Assembly: GCA_963812015.1 (NCBI GenBank) | Contig: CAWETI010000002.1 | Coordinates: 224,001-288,000 of the forward strand | From: an uncultured delta proteobacterium | GTDB lineage: Bacteria; Desulfobacterota; Desulfobaccia; Desulfobaccales; 0-14-0-80-60-11 | Direction of reading: 5' to 3' | DNA length: 64,000 nucleotides | In this document: positions 18,310 through 29,867 of the stretch, piece by piece | Layout: each line of letters opens with the position of its first letter | Numbering within the stretch: the first letter of the stretch is position 1 | Position numbers and translations under genes: made by a program | The notes under the pieces: generated by a model | What the model was told of the DNA's origin: nothing | The model's database searches: none | What the model saw: the letters and a program-made list of their open reading frames with translations, nothing else

Positions 18310-19353
18310 ATGGCCGACATCAGCACCTATAAAGATGCCGGGGTCGATATCGATAAAGCGGATACCTTTATCAAAAGCGTTCAGACCCTGGCAAAATCCA
18401 CTTACCGCACCGGAGTTCTGGGGGAGATCGGCTCATTCGGCGGCCTGTTTCATCTGGGGGCCGACCGGTATCGCGACCCGGTGTTGGTTTCCTCCACCGA
18501 TGGGGTGGGGACCAAGATTAAAATCGCCGTCCTCATGAACCGCCACGATACCATCGGTATCGACCTGGTGGCCATGTGCGCCAATGACATCGTGGTCCAT
18601 GGTGCCACCCCGCTGTTCTTTTTGGATTACCTGGCCATGGGGCAGTTGGTCCCGGAAACCGCTACCCTGATCGTCGAAGGCATCACTCACGGCTGCAAGC
18701 AGGCCCGGTGCTCCCTGATCGGCGGGGAGACCGCGGAGATGCCCGGCATCTATCTGCCCGGCGATTACGACCTGGCCGGCTTTGTGGTGGGGGTGGTGGA
18801 ACGGGATCAAATTATCGACGGCTCAACCATCGCCGTGGGCCACCGGATTATCGGCCTCGCCTCCAGCGGCCTGCACAGCAACGGCTACTCCCTGGTCCGC
18901 CAGGTGCTCTTGGAGCGCCACCGCTACTTGGTGGAGGACCAGATCCCGGAATTGGGGGGGGCCCTGGGAGAGGAACTCCTCAAACCCACCCGTATTTACG
19001 TGGAGACGGTGCTCAACCTGCTGCGGGATTTCCCCCTCAGCGGCATCTGTCATATCACCGGCGGCGGCTTAACCGACAATCTGCCGCGCATCCTGCCTAA
19101 GTCCTGCCAGGCGGTCATTAATAAGCAATCCTGGCCGGTGCCTCCCATCTTCCATTTCCTCCGGGAGAAGGGCAACATCCCCGAAGCCGAAATGCTCCGC
19201 ACCTTCAACAACGGTATCGGCCTGGCGGTGGTGGTGGGCGAAGAATACGTGGCCGACGTGCTCCTGCGCCTCCAGGGCCTGCACGAGGAGGGTTATGTGA
19301 TCGGCGAGGTCGTGTCGCGCAAAAATGACGATCCTTCGTTGGTCTACGTGTAA
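18310..19353 (+). CDS. purM: Phosphoribosylformylglycinamidine cyclo-ligase
   Basis: YKDAGVDID, STDGVGTK, GGETAEMP, SSGLHSNG, HITGGG; start set to ATG 18310. Confidence 0.97.
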   Translation: MADISTYKDAGVDIDKADTFIKSVQTLAKSTYRTGVLGEIGSFGGLFHLGADRYRDPVLVSSTDGVGTKIKIAVLMNRHDTIGIDLVAMCANDIVVHGATPLFFLDYLAMGQLVPETATLIVEGITHGCKQARCSLIGGETAEMPGIYLPGDYDLAGFVVGVVERDQIIDGSTIAVGHRIIGLASSGLHSNGYSLVRQVLLERHRYLVEDQIPELGGALGEELLKPTRIYVETVLNLLRDFPLSGICHITGGGLTDNLPRILPKSCQAVINKQSWPVPPIFHFLREKGNIPEAEMLRTFNNGIGLAVVVGEEYVADVLLRLQGLHEEGYVIGEVVSRKNDDPSLVYV

Positions 19354-19515
19354 ATACTCTGTCCGGGGACAACGTGTTCTCCTCGCCAGGCCATCCCCCT
19401 CCCCTCGGGTTCACCCCTTACCCATGGCTTCGTTGATCAAGAACTGGTGATAACTATTGAAGATTCTCCATGCGCAATAATATTGCCTATTCTCTCTGAG
19501 GATTGACAAAAACCA

Positions 19516-20874
19516 ATGATGCGGAAATTCTTTTCAGTCTCGGTTTTCGGGTGGGGCCTGGTGATTATCGGTATGCTAGGCAATCCCTGGGTGATTGCTC
19601 GTTATTTCACCCAGGATGGCAGCCTGGACTTTCACGTGCGCACCGCGCTCCTCATCCTGGATGCCATATTGATTTTCTGGGGCCTGGTTATTTTGTTTCA
19701 GCGCCGCTCCTGGCACACCAGGCAAATTGGTTACCTCCTGGTGGCGACGGTCATTACCCTGGTCATCGTGGAAAGCTTTCTGCAAGGTGTCTGTATCATA
19801 AAAAATAGGGTAGTGTTCGATGTGCGCATGGGTCACAGCGCTTATAAAAACGAACCCTGGGGCAAGGAATACTGGAAGGAATATCACGACACCAGCTTTC
19901 ATTATGAGCCGTTTATTCTGTGGAATGCCGATGAATATCATGGGAAATGGATAAACATGGACCGTGCCGGCATCAGAAAGACCTGGACGCCGCCCGGACC
20001 CATCCCACCGGCGCCGAAGCAGATTTTTGTCCTGGGGGGGTCGGCCATCTGGGGTATCGGCGCCCGGGATGATTACACCATCCCCTCGGATTTGTCGAAG
20101 TTACTCAATGCAACGAACAAACAATATGTGGTTTATAATTACGGCACCCCCGGCTTTACGTTACTTCAAGAAATAGTTAAATTGATGTTATTATTAAAAG
20201 ACGGCCAGCGCCCTGATTATATTGTCTTCTATGATGGCTCCAACGAAGTCTATACCGCTTACCAGACGGGGCGCGTCGTCAATCTGCATAACTTTGAAGA
20301 AATCCAGGAAAAGATTGAAGCCTCTCCCATTACCCTGGGGTTAAAATATATGCTTGCCAAGTGCCGGATCGTCCAGGCCACAGAAAAAACCCTGGCGGTT
20401 TTCCACCTGCAATATAACTATCAAGAAGGAGCAGCCCAATTCACCGAAAAACAACTTGAAGCCTTAGGAAAAGATATTGCAAAAAACTACAAAGAATCAG
20501 CGAGTTTGGTGCAAAATTTATCTGAGACCTATAATTTTAACTATACATTATTTTGGCAGCCGGTAATTTTTTTCGAGACCAGCACGGTGGAGGATGAAAT
20601 CAGGTTTGATCCCCACTGTCGGGATCAAAATCTGGCCAAACTTTTTAAGATAGTTACCGCCAATTTGCTTACTTCACCCCCGCCCCGCTGGGTTGATCTT
20701 TCCGGGGCTCTGCACCAAGCTCCGAAACCGATTTTCATTGATTTCTGTCATATGACCGAACCGGGCTATGCCACCGTGAGTGCGAACATCGCGGCAATCG
20801 TGCGGGATCAACTCCAGACCGGCAAGATCGCCCCGCTCCGCCCCCTCCGGGACCTTCAAGAAGGCCGCCCGTAG
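19516..20874 (+). CDS. Membrane-anchored SGNH/GDSL hydrolase-like protein
   Basis: Three N-terminal hydrophobic segments; VLGGSAIWG, NYGTPG, YDGSNE, DFCH; lower GC than neighbours. Confidence 0.8.
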   Translation: MMRKFFSVSVFGWGLVIIGMLGNPWVIARYFTQDGSLDFHVRTALLILDAILIFWGLVILFQRRSWHTRQIGYLLVATVITLVIVESFLQGVCIIKNRVVFDVRMGHSAYKNEPWGKEYWKEYHDTSFHYEPFILWNADEYHGKWINMDRAGIRKTWTPPGPIPPAPKQIFVLGGSAIWGIGARDDYTIPSDLSKLLNATNKQYVVYNYGTPGFTLLQEIVKLMLLLKDGQRPDYIVFYDGSNEVYTAYQTGRVVNLHNFEEIQEKIEASPITLGLKYMLAKCRIVQATEKTLAVFHLQYNYQEGAAQFTEKQLEALGKDIAKNYKESASLVQNLSETYNFNYTLFWQPVIFFETSTVEDEIRFDPHCRDQNLAKLFKIVTANLLTSPPPRWVDLSGALHQAPKPIFIDFCHMTEPGYATVSANIAAIVRDQLQTGKIAPLRPLRDLQEGRP

Positions 20875-20962
20875 GCAAGGCCTACCCAGGAAGATCGGCA
20901 GGGAGGGCTGTTATAGGCGACATGGGGCGTAATACCGAGTCGCAAACCACCAGCCATTCCCT

Positions 20963-21022
20963 GTAGGGGCGGACCCATGTGTCCGCCCTTGATTGAGGGC
21001 GCACACGCGGGTGCGCCCCTAC
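20963..21022. repeat. GTAG-type REP doublet
   Basis: GTAGGGGCGGAC...GTCCGCCC...GGGCGCAC...GTGCGCCCCTAC. Confidence 0.75.
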
Positions 21023-21200
21023 AATGCTCTATTTTATTTATTGCGACTTGGCATAAAACGTACCCTGCGTCTGCAAGAGAACAGGATATTGCCTTGCGAC
21101 CAGATATCCCTGGTTGATCTGCGTCCCGGACCGGCTAAAATCCAACAAAATATTGACAATTACCCAGCAATCATGGTAAAAATTAATGGTTTTTGGCCCA

Positions 21201-21277
21201 GAGCTTGGATCCGGCCTGATTCGGACTGAGACTCGGCGGGTGACAACCCCCAGAGGATCAGGTCTGGGGTTTTTTTT
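21201..21277 (+). promoter_or_regulatory. Two-hairpin leader upstream of panC (pan RNA motif-like / attenuator)
   Basis: Bulged hairpin 21201-21234; second hairpin CCCCAGA...TCTGGGG followed by a T run abutting the ATG; TTGACA at 21153. Confidence 0.5.
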
Positions 21278-22141
21278 ATGGAGATCATCAGCGACCCCCA
21301 GGACATGCAAGGCCTGGCCCGGCAGTGGCGGGGCCTGGGCCTGAACGTCGTCCTGGTGCCCACCATGGGGTTTTTCCACCCGGGGCACCTGAGCCTGATG
21401 CACTACGGCCGCACCATCGCTGACCGCCTGGTGGTGAGCCTGTTTGTCAATCCCGCTCAGTTCGGACCCCAGGAAGATTTAGGGCGCTACCCCCGGGATC
21501 TGGACCGGGACGTGGGCCTGGCCCAGGAGGCCGGCGTCGACTGCCTATACACCCCCGCGGCCGCGGCCATGTATCCCCCGGGGTACCAGACCTTTGTGGA
21601 AGTCGGCCCCCTCTCCCAGGGCCTGTGCGGCGCGTATCGCCCGGGGCATTTCCGGGGGGTGGCCACGGTGGTGCTCAAGTTGCTCCACCAGGTGGAGCCC
21701 CAGGTGGCCGTCTTCGGGGAAAAGGACTATCAGCAGTTGATGGTCGTGAACCGGATGGCCGCGGACCTGGATGTGCCGGTTAAGATCGTGGGCCGGCCCA
21801 TCGTCCGGGAGCCGGACGGGCTGGCCATGAGTTCCCGGAACACGTATCTCTCCCTGGAAGAGCGGGCCGCGGCCTTGTGCCTCTACCGGGGGATCCAGGC
21901 CGCCCGGGACCTGGTGGCCACCGGGGAGAATTCCCGGGACCGGATTGTGGCCGGAGTCCGGGAGATTATCACCGAGACGCCTTTTACCCGCATCGATTAC
22001 GTCGCCCTGGTGGATCCTGCCACCCTCCAGGAAGTGGAGGCCATCGGGGACGAGGCCCGGCTGTTGCTGGCGGTGTGGGTCAATAATACCCGCCTCATTG
22101 ACAATACTTTGTTATCGGAGACCCGGTTATGTTGCGTGTAA
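21278..22141 (+). CDS. panC: Pantoate--beta-alanine ligase
   Basis: VPTMG..H.GH, FVNPAQF, RPGHFRGV, FGEKDYQQ, GLAMSSRN, RLIDN. Confidence 0.97.
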   Translation: MEIISDPQDMQGLARQWRGLGLNVVLVPTMGFFHPGHLSLMHYGRTIADRLVVSLFVNPAQFGPQEDLGRYPRDLDRDVGLAQEAGVDCLYTPAAAAMYPPGYQTFVEVGPLSQGLCGAYRPGHFRGVATVVLKLLHQVEPQVAVFGEKDYQQLMVVNRMAADLDVPVKIVGRPIVREPDGLAMSSRNTYLSLEERAAALCLYRGIQAARDLVATGENSRDRIVAGVREIITETPFTRIDYVALVDPATLQEVEAIGDEARLLLAVWVNNTRLIDNTLLSETRLCCV

Positions 22142-22524
22142 TGATGAAATCCAAAATCCACCGCGCCACCATCACCCAGGCTGATCTGCACTATGAAGGG
22201 TCTATTACCATCGCGGCGGAATTGATGCGGGCGGCGGACATCCTGCCGTACGAGATGGTCCACGTCTACAATATCTCCAACGGCGAACGGTTTGAAACCT
22301 ATGCCCTGGAAGGCGAGGAAGATTCTGGGGTGATCTGTTTGAACGGGGCCGCGGCGCGCAAAGGGGCGGTGGGGGATTTGATTATCATCACCACCTACGC
22401 CACCTACGAGGCGGCGGAGCTTGAGCGGCATCAGCCCAAAGTGGTCATGGTGGACCGCGCTAACCACCTCAAAAAAACCTCATCGGCTGAAAAACCGCTC
22501 GCTTTTTTCTCCATATCCAGTTAA
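22129..22524 (+). CDS. panD: Aspartate 1-decarboxylase
   Basis: KSKIHRATIT, YEG/SITI cleavage site, NGERFETY, LNGAAAR. Confidence 0.97.
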   Translation: MLRVMMKSKIHRATITQADLHYEGSITIAAELMRAADILPYEMVHVYNISNGERFETYALEGEEDSGVICLNGAAARKGAVGDLIIITTYATYEAAELERHQPKVVMVDRANHLKKTSSAEKPLAFFSISS

Positions 22525-22590
22525 ATTTTTCAGGATAGGCGCGGGGGATACCCCCCGCGGCGATTATTCTTGTAAAGGAGTCCCATTAGG

Positions 22591-23805
<1,215 letters not shown>

Positions 23806-23813
23806 GGATTCGC

Positions 23814-25070
23814 ATGAATTACGATGTCAAGGATATCAATCTGGCTGACAAAGGCCGCCTCCGGGTGGAATGGGCCCGGCGGGATATGCCGGTCTTGAAT
23901 GCCATCCGGGAGCGGTTCGAGCGGGAAAAACCCCTGGCCGGGCTCAGGATCGCCGCCTGTTTACATGTCACCACCGAGACCGGGGTGCTGGCCGCCACCT
24001 TAAAAGCCGGGGGAGCCCAGGTCCACGTCTGCGCCTCCAATCCCCTGAGCACCCAAGACGACGTGGCGGCTTTCCTGGCCAAGCACGAAGGCATTCCCAC
24101 CTTTGCCATCAAAGGGGAAGACGGCGACACCTACTATCGCCACATCAACCAGGCCCTGGAAGTGAAACCCCAGATGACCATGGATGACGGGGCCGACCTG
24201 GTCTTCACCGTCCACACCAAACGCCAGGACCTGCTTGGCGATATTTTTGCCGGCACCGAGGAGACCACCACCGGGGTGATCCGCCTCAAGGCCATGGCCA
24301 AAGATGGGGTGCTGCGCTTCCCCATCATCGCGGTGAATGACGCCATGACCAAATACCTCTTCGACAACCGCTACGGCACCGGTCAGAGCACCCTGGACGG
24401 CATCATGCGGGCCACCAACCGGCTGATGTCCGGCAGCATCTTTGTGGTGGCCGGGTATGGCTGGTGCGGCCGGGGCTTGGCCATGCGGGCCCGGGGCATG
24501 GGGGCCCGGGTGATCGTCACCGAGGTCAACCCCCTCAAGGCCCTGGAAGCCCTGATGGACGGCTACGAAGTTCTGCCCATGGAGCAGGCCGCCAGGATCG
24601 GCGACATCTTCTGCACCCTCACCGGCGACATCAATGTCATCCGGGAAGAGCATTTCGTGCTCATGAAAGACGGCGCCATCCTCTCCAATTCCGGGCATTT
24701 CAATGTGGAAATCGACATCCCGAGCCTGGAGCGCCTCAGCACCGCCCGGCGTCAGATTCGGGACGCGGTGGAAGAATTTACCCTGAAAAACGGCACCTGT
24801 CTCTATGTGCTGGCCGAAGGCCGCCTGGTCAACCTGGCCGCGGCCGAAGGACACCCCTCAGCGGTCATGGATATGAGCTTTGCCAACCAGGCCCTGTCGG
24901 CGGAATTCATTTTTCAGAACCACCAGAAATTCGCCAAGCAAGTCTATCCGGTGCCGGAAGATATCGATAAAGAAATCGCCCGGCTGAAACTGGCGGCGAT
25001 GCAAGTGGATATCGACACCCTCACCCCCGAGCAGGAAAAATATCTGGCATCCTACGATTTGGGGACGTAA
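23814..25070 (+). CDS. ahcY: Adenosylhomocysteinase
   Basis: [46 protein letters not shown]; start set to ATG 23814 after GAGG. Confidence 0.97.
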   Translation: MNYDVKDINLADKGRLRVEWARRDMPVLNAIRERFEREKPLAGLRIAACLHVTTETGVLAATLKAGGAQVHVCASNPLSTQDDVAAFLAKHEGIPTFAIKGEDGDTYYRHINQALEVKPQMTMDDGADLVFTVHTKRQDLLGDIFAGTEETTTGVIRLKAMAKDGVLRFPIIAVNDAMTKYLFDNRYGTGQSTLDGIMRATNRLMSGSIFVVAGYGWCGRGLAMRARGMGARVIVTEVNPLKALEALMDGYEVLPMEQAARIGDIFCTLTGDINVIREEHFVLMKDGAILSNSGHFNVEIDIPSLERLSTARRQIRDAVEEFTLKNGTCLYVLAEGRLVNLAAAEGHPSAVMDMSFANQALSAEFIFQNHQKFAKQVYPVPEDIDKEIARLKLAAMQVDIDTLTPEQEKYLASYDLGT

Positions 25071-25075
25071 TTTTT

Positions 25076-25237
25076 CAGGGGTCAGAGGCTAGGGATCAGG
25101 GGCCGGGAAAACCTTTCCTTTGATTTCCCCATATTTGTTGCTTTACTCAATCTTCGGGTTAAAGCCCGGCAGGGAATACTTGGCGTCCGGCTGCTTTTCT
25201 GACCCCTGCTCCCTGCTCCCTGCTCCCTGACCCCTGC
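25076..25237. repeat. Inverted pair of 7-nt tandem repeat tracts
   Basis: CAGGGGTCAGAGGCTAGGGATCAGGG at the left; CTGACCCCTGCTCCCTGCTCCCTGCTCCCTGACCCCTG at the right. Confidence 0.6.
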
Positions 25238-25257
25238 TTTACAAGGAATAGTCCAGG

Positions 25258-26676
25258 ATGACCGAAATCAAATTCGGCACCTCGGGTTGGCGGGGAATTC
25301 TGGCGGAAGATTTCACCTTCCCCAACGCCCGCCTGGTGTGCCAGAGCATTGCCGACTACCTGAAACAAGAAGGTCTCACCAATCAGGGAGTGGTGATCGG
25401 CTACGACACCCGCTTCCAGTCCGAGGCCTTCGCCGCCGCCGCCGCCCAGGTGATGGCCGCCAACGGCATCATTAGCCATCTCACCACCCGGGATTGCCCC
25501 ACGCCGGTGGTGAGTTACGCCACCCGGGCCGGCAAGCGCGCCGGGGCCATCAATATCACCGCCAGCCACAATCCCCCGGAATACAACGGCATCAAGTTTT
25601 CTCCCGCCAGCGGGGGCCCCGCCCCCTCACCGGTGACCGACGCCATCGAGTCCCTCATCGGCAAACTCAGTCCCGCCGCGGTCAAGACCATGCCCCTGGC
25701 TGAAGCCCGGGCCCAAGGCCTGGTCCTCGACCTGGACCCCAAGGAGTCTTATTTTCAGCACCTCAAGACCTTGATTGACCTCGAGGTGTTAAAGCGGGCC
25801 GACCTCAAGGTGGTGGTGGACGTGCTCTACGGCACCGGCCGGGATTACCTGGATGCCTTTCTTAAGGAGGCGGGGGTGCAGGTGGAACTTCTCAACGGCT
25901 ATCGGGACGCCTACTTCGGTGGGCATCGGCCGGAGCCGTCCGAGGAATTCCTGCAAGATCTCTCCCGGCGCATCCGGGCCACCGGGGCCCATCTGGGCCT
26001 GGCCGTGGACGCCGACGCCGACCGCTTCGGGGTCATGGACGCGGCCGGCGGCTATCGGGACGCCAATACCATCCTGGGGCTGCTCTTTGATTATCTCATC
26101 GAGACCCGGGGCTGGGACGGGGGCGTGGCCCGCAGCGTGGCCACCACCCACCTGTTGGACCGGATCGCCGCCCGGCACCACCGGCCGGTGTACGTCACCA
26201 AGGTGGGCTTCAAGTACCTGGGGGAATATATCAATAACGACCAGGTGGTTATGGTGGGCGAGGAGAGCGAGGGTTTCTCCATGAAGCACCATCTGCCGGA
26301 AAAGGACGGCATCCTGGCCGGGGCTTTGGTGGCCGAAATGGTGGCCCGGAAAGGCAAAGGCCTCCCCGAACTTATTGCCGACCTGTTCGCCAAGGTAGGG
26401 CCGGTCTACAACCGCCGCCTCAATTTCTCCCTGACCCCGGAAGTCAAAGAGCGGCTGCTGGAACGCCTCCAGACCCCTCCGGCCCGCTTTGCCGGCCTGG
26501 CCGTCAAGGAGTGCATCACCCTGGACGGACACAAATTTGTCCTTTCGGACGGCAGTTGGGTGTGTTTCCGGCCCTCCGGCACCGAACCGGTGGTGCGCTT
26601 CTATTTCGAGGCGTCGTCTTTTGAGGAACTGGAGCGACTGCGAGGCGCCGGAGAAGCCTTGATCCGGGAAGCCTGA
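25258..26676 (+). CDS. Phosphoglucomutase/phosphomannomutase family protein
   Basis: FGTSGWRG, TASHNP, DADADR, GEES, RPSGTEP. Confidence 0.95.
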   Translation: MTEIKFGTSGWRGILAEDFTFPNARLVCQSIADYLKQEGLTNQGVVIGYDTRFQSEAFAAAAAQVMAANGIISHLTTRDCPTPVVSYATRAGKRAGAINITASHNPPEYNGIKFSPASGGPAPSPVTDAIESLIGKLSPAAVKTMPLAEARAQGLVLDLDPKESYFQHLKTLIDLEVLKRADLKVVVDVLYGTGRDYLDAFLKEAGVQVELLNGYRDAYFGGHRPEPSEEFLQDLSRRIRATGAHLGLAVDADADRFGVMDAAGGYRDANTILGLLFDYLIETRGWDGGVARSVATTHLLDRIAARHHRPVYVTKVGFKYLGEYINNDQVVMVGEESEGFSMKHHLPEKDGILAGALVAEMVARKGKGLPELIADLFAKVGPVYNRRLNFSLTPEVKERLLERLQTPPARFAGLAVKECITLDGHKFVLSDGSWVCFRPSGTEPVVRFYFEASSFEELERLRGAGEALIREA

Positions 26677-26678
26677 GC

Positions 26679-27302
26679 ATGCCCGGGATAAACCTCCCTT
26701 ATCTCCTGCAAGCGGCCCTCATGGTCGTGGTGCTGCTGTTTTCCGTCATTGTCCATGAGGTGGCCCACGGCTACGTGGCCCTCCTGAACGGCGACCCCAC
26801 CGCCCGGATGCTGGGCCGCATCACCCTCAATCCGGTCCCCCACATTGACCCGTTCGGCACCATCCTGCTGCCGTTGTTGCTGTATCTGGCACACCTGCCC
26901 GTCGTCGGCATGGCCAAACCGGTGCCGGTGAACCCCCTCAACTTTCGTAATTACCGCATGGGAGAGTTCGCGGTGAGCGCCGCCGGGCCCGCGAGCAACC
27001 TGGCCCTGGCCGTGGCCTTTTCCGTTCTGCTGCGTCTGGACCTCGGGAATCCGGGAGTTATGATGCTGGCCATCCTGGGCGTCAAAATCAATATTTTATT
27101 AGCAGTCTTCAATCTGATCCCCATTCCGCCCCTGGACGGCTCCCACATCCTGGCCATCCTGCTGCCCCGGGAGCTCGCCCGGCTTTACGACCACCTCCAG
27201 GCGGTGGGCTTCATCCTCATCCTGATTCTGTTTTACACCGGCATCCTGGGGGCCATCATTATCCCGCTTTCCCGTCAGATTGAGATGCTCTTGCTGGGAT
27301 GA
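26679..27302 (+). CDS. Site-2 protease (M50 family)
   Basis: HEVAH, AGPASN, FNLIPIPPLDG. Confidence 0.93.
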   Translation: MPGINLPYLLQAALMVVVLLFSVIVHEVAHGYVALLNGDPTARMLGRITLNPVPHIDPFGTILLPLLLYLAHLPVVGMAKPVPVNPLNFRNYRMGEFAVSAAGPASNLALAVAFSVLLRLDLGNPGVMMLAILGVKINILLAVFNLIPIPPLDGSHILAILLPRELARLYDHLQAVGFILILILFYTGILGAIIIPLSRQIEMLLLG

Positions 27303-27561
27303 GCGCGCCTTCTTATTGATGATTTCTGTCGGGAAAAGTTCAGGTGGAGGTGCGCAGTGCGCACCATAACAACTGCGGTTAGCCTTTTCCCCGCCGCCTA
27401 AAACCCCGAAGCTAAAAAATTCCTGATATTGACTATTGTTCATAACTTGCATCTTGTTAAAAACAGACGTACACTTATTAATTAAAGAAGAGAGAAATCT
27501 GGGGGGAGGCATCCTCCCCCCTGCCGTTTTTCTTTGCATACCCCAACAAGGAGCCTGAGAT

Positions 27562-28836
27562 ATGGATAAATGTTCTCACGGAGCCGATCCCAAGTCCTGC
27601 GGCGAAGATCCCAAGTCTTGCCCGGGGTGCGATCCGGCTCATCATGCCGTTGAAAAAGATCAGGAAGAGATGGAATTGACCCGGGCCCTGAAGCAGATTC
27701 GCCACAAGCTGGTGGTGATGAGCGGCAAGGGGGGCGTAGGCAAGAGCAGCGTCGCCGTTAGCCTGGCCCTGGGCCTGGCCCGCCGGGGCAAAAAGGTGGG
27801 GTTGATGGATGTGGATCTCCACGGCCCCAACGTCTTGCGGATGCTGGGCCTGAAGGAACCCCTGGACCTGAGCCACGCCCAGTTTCCCCTGCCCCCGGAC
27901 CTGTTTGATAACCTCCGGGTCATCTCCGTCGAGGCCATCATGCGCGACCGGGAGATGGCGGTAATCTGGCGGGGGCCCCTGAAGCACCAGCTCATCCGGC
28001 AGTTCATCAGCGAAGTGCAGTGGGGGGACCTGGACTACCTGGTGGTGGATTCACCGCCGGGGACCGGGGATGAGCCCATGAGCGTGGCCCAGACCATTCC
28101 CGACGCCCAGGCCGTCATCGTCACCACCCCCCAGGAGATTTCCCTGGCGGACGTGCGCAAGTCCCTTAATTTCTGCGAAAAGATCAACATGAAGGTGGTG
28201 GGGATTGTGGAGAACATGAGCGGCTACGCCTGCCCCCACTGCGGCAAGGACCTGCCCCTGTTCAAGAGCGGCGGCGGCTTAAAGACCGCCCAGGCCGCCA
28301 AGGTTCCTTTCCTGGGGGCCCTGCCCTTTGACCCCCAGGTGGTGGAAGCCGCGGACGAGGGCCGGCTCCTGGATGTCAAGGAGGCCGACAGCCCCTTCTT
28401 CCAGGCCCTGAAGCCCATCGTGGATTATATCCTGGAGACCCTGCCCGCCACGCCGCTGGCCATTCGGGAGCCGGGGGTCCTGAAGTTCGCCCTGCCGGTG
28501 GAAGACGGCAAGCTGTCGGATAAGTTCGGCCAGGCCTCCCACTTTGCCTTCTTCACGGTGAAAAACGGCGCCGTGGGTCCCAAGGACCTCGTCCCCAGCC
28601 CGCCCCACGAACCCGGCGGCGTTCCCGTGTGGCTGGACGGCCTGGGCGTGACCCACGTCATCGCCGGCACCCTGGGGGAGAAGGCCCAGGCGCTCTTGAC
28701 CAAAAAAGGCATCGAAGTGATCGCCGGCGCCCCCCTGGAAGCCCCGGAGGCCCTGGTGGAAAAATACCTGAAACAGACCCTGACCACCAGCCCCCGGAAA
28801 CATCCGGGGGGCTGCTCCCAGTGTTCAACGGCTTAA
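27562..28836 (+). CDS. Mrp/NBP35 Fe-S carrier ATPase fused to a NifB/NifX-like domain
   Basis: SGKGGVGKS, DSPPGTGD, ENMS..CPHC, then C-terminal FALPV...FGQA..F...PPHEPG domain. Confidence 0.92.
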   Translation: MDKCSHGADPKSCGEDPKSCPGCDPAHHAVEKDQEEMELTRALKQIRHKLVVMSGKGGVGKSSVAVSLALGLARRGKKVGLMDVDLHGPNVLRMLGLKEPLDLSHAQFPLPPDLFDNLRVISVEAIMRDREMAVIWRGPLKHQLIRQFISEVQWGDLDYLVVDSPPGTGDEPMSVAQTIPDAQAVIVTTPQEISLADVRKSLNFCEKINMKVVGIVENMSGYACPHCGKDLPLFKSGGGLKTAQAAKVPFLGALPFDPQVVEAADEGRLLDVKEADSPFFQALKPIVDYILETLPATPLAIREPGVLKFALPVEDGKLSDKFGQASHFAFFTVKNGAVGPKDLVPSPPHEPGGVPVWLDGLGVTHVIAGTLGEKAQALLTKKGIEVIAGAPLEAPEALVEKYLKQTLTTSPRKHPGGCSQCSTA

Positions 28837-28849
28837 GATGAAGGTAATG

Positions 28850-28995
28850 TGAGGGGAGGACCGGGGGAATTTTTTGTAAGGCATTCCCCCGCCCTCCTCT
28901 CTGACTCCCCTCCCAGCGCCCGGTAAGGGGTTGGGGGAGGGAGGATGAGGGAGGGGGAAGGGGCACTTAGGAAAAAGCCCCTTGCCCCTCCCTCA
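28850..28995. repeat. Family A element, full copy; its end supplies the rimI stop codon
   Basis: Ends TGAGGGGAGG...CCCCTCCCTCA; reverse complement aligns with 3750-3905. Confidence 0.75.
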
Positions 28996-29469
28996 TGTAT
29001 TTCCGTCTTCGCTCCAATCCAGGGTCAGGAGCAGGGCGTCTTCGTTGGTGTCGTCGTAGTAGCGGGGGCGGCGGCCCACTTCCTTGAAGCCGAAGGACTG
29101 GTACAGGGCCCGGCCGGCGAGGTTGGACGGTCTGACCTCCAGCCAGGCGAGCGCGGCGCCCAGGGTCCGGGCCTGGCCCAGGCCCTCGGCCAGCAACCGC
29201 CGGGCGATGCCCCGCCGCCGGTGTTCGGGATGCACCGCCAGGTTGAGGATGTGCATTTCATCGAGTACCACCCAGAAATTGAGGTAACCCCAGGTCTGCC
29301 AGGGTTGAGGAGGGGAGGGGCCGGCCACCAGCATGTGGCTGTTCCGTTGGCCCAATTCCCCCAGGAAGGACCACCGGGACCAGGGGGTGGGAAAGGATGC
29401 CTGTTCAATGGCCCAGACGGCCGTGACATCCGCCAGGCCGGCCCGGCGGATGAGGAGCCCCTGGGTCAT
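28993..29469 (-). CDS. rimI: Ribosomal protein S18 alanine N-acetyltransferase
   Basis: IEQASFPTPWS, ILNLAVHP..RRRG, LEVRPSN, RPRYY...EDA. Confidence 0.93.
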   Translation of the reverse strand: MTQGLLIRRAGLADVTAVWAIEQASFPTPWSRWSFLGELGQRNSHMLVAGPSPPQPWQTWGYLNFWVVLDEMHILNLAVHPEHRRRGIARRLLAEGLGQARTLGAALAWLEVRPSNLAGRALYQSFGFKEVGRRPRYYDDTNEDALLLTLDWSEDGNT

Positions 29470-29867
29470 TTCTTATGAAGAACCTCGCTGGCCACGGTAA
29501 TCCCCTTCTGACCGGATTGCTTCAGAGTCAGGGCGGCCTGGCGCACGTCATTTTGATCCCGGATATGGGCCAGTTTCATCAGCATGGGCAGGTTGACGCC
29601 GGTGACGACCTCCACCTTGCCCTCTTGCAGAAAGGATAGGGTGAGATTGGACGGGGTCCCTCCCAGCATATCGGTGAGGATGATTATCCCATTGCCGCCA
29701 TTCACCTGGGACAGGCCCCGCTGGATTTGCTGGCGGGAGGCCTCGGGGGGCGCGCTGGGATCCAGGGACAGGGCCACGATGCCCTCCTGCCGCCCCAGGA
29801 TCAGGTCCCAGACGCTCACCAAGGCCTCGGCCAGTTCCTGGTGAGTGACGATTAAGATTCCGATCAT
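29466..29867 (-). CDS. PTS mannose/fructose-type EIIA component
   Basis: MIGILIVTH, LTDMLGGTPSN, GVNLPML. Confidence 0.93.
   Translation of the reverse strand: MIGILIVTHQELAEALVSVWDLILGRQEGIVALSLDPSAPPEASRQQIQRGLSQVNGGNGIIILTDMLGGTPSNLTLSFLQEGKVEVVTGVNLPMLMKLAHIRDQNDVRQAALTLKQSGQKGITVASEVLHKK

Noticed and set aside
22525..22590. SAM riboswitch upstream of metK
   Set aside because: The gap is 66 bp with one simple hairpin (GCGGGGG-ATA-CCCCCCGC) and no S-box motifs.
25076..25237. CRISPR array
   Set aside because: The repeats are 7-nt tandem units without spacers; I saw no direct-repeat/spacer array or cas gene anywhere in the window.
27520..27540. sigma-54 promoter upstream of the Mrp gene
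   Set aside because: TTTGCA is present but the required GG at -24 is not.
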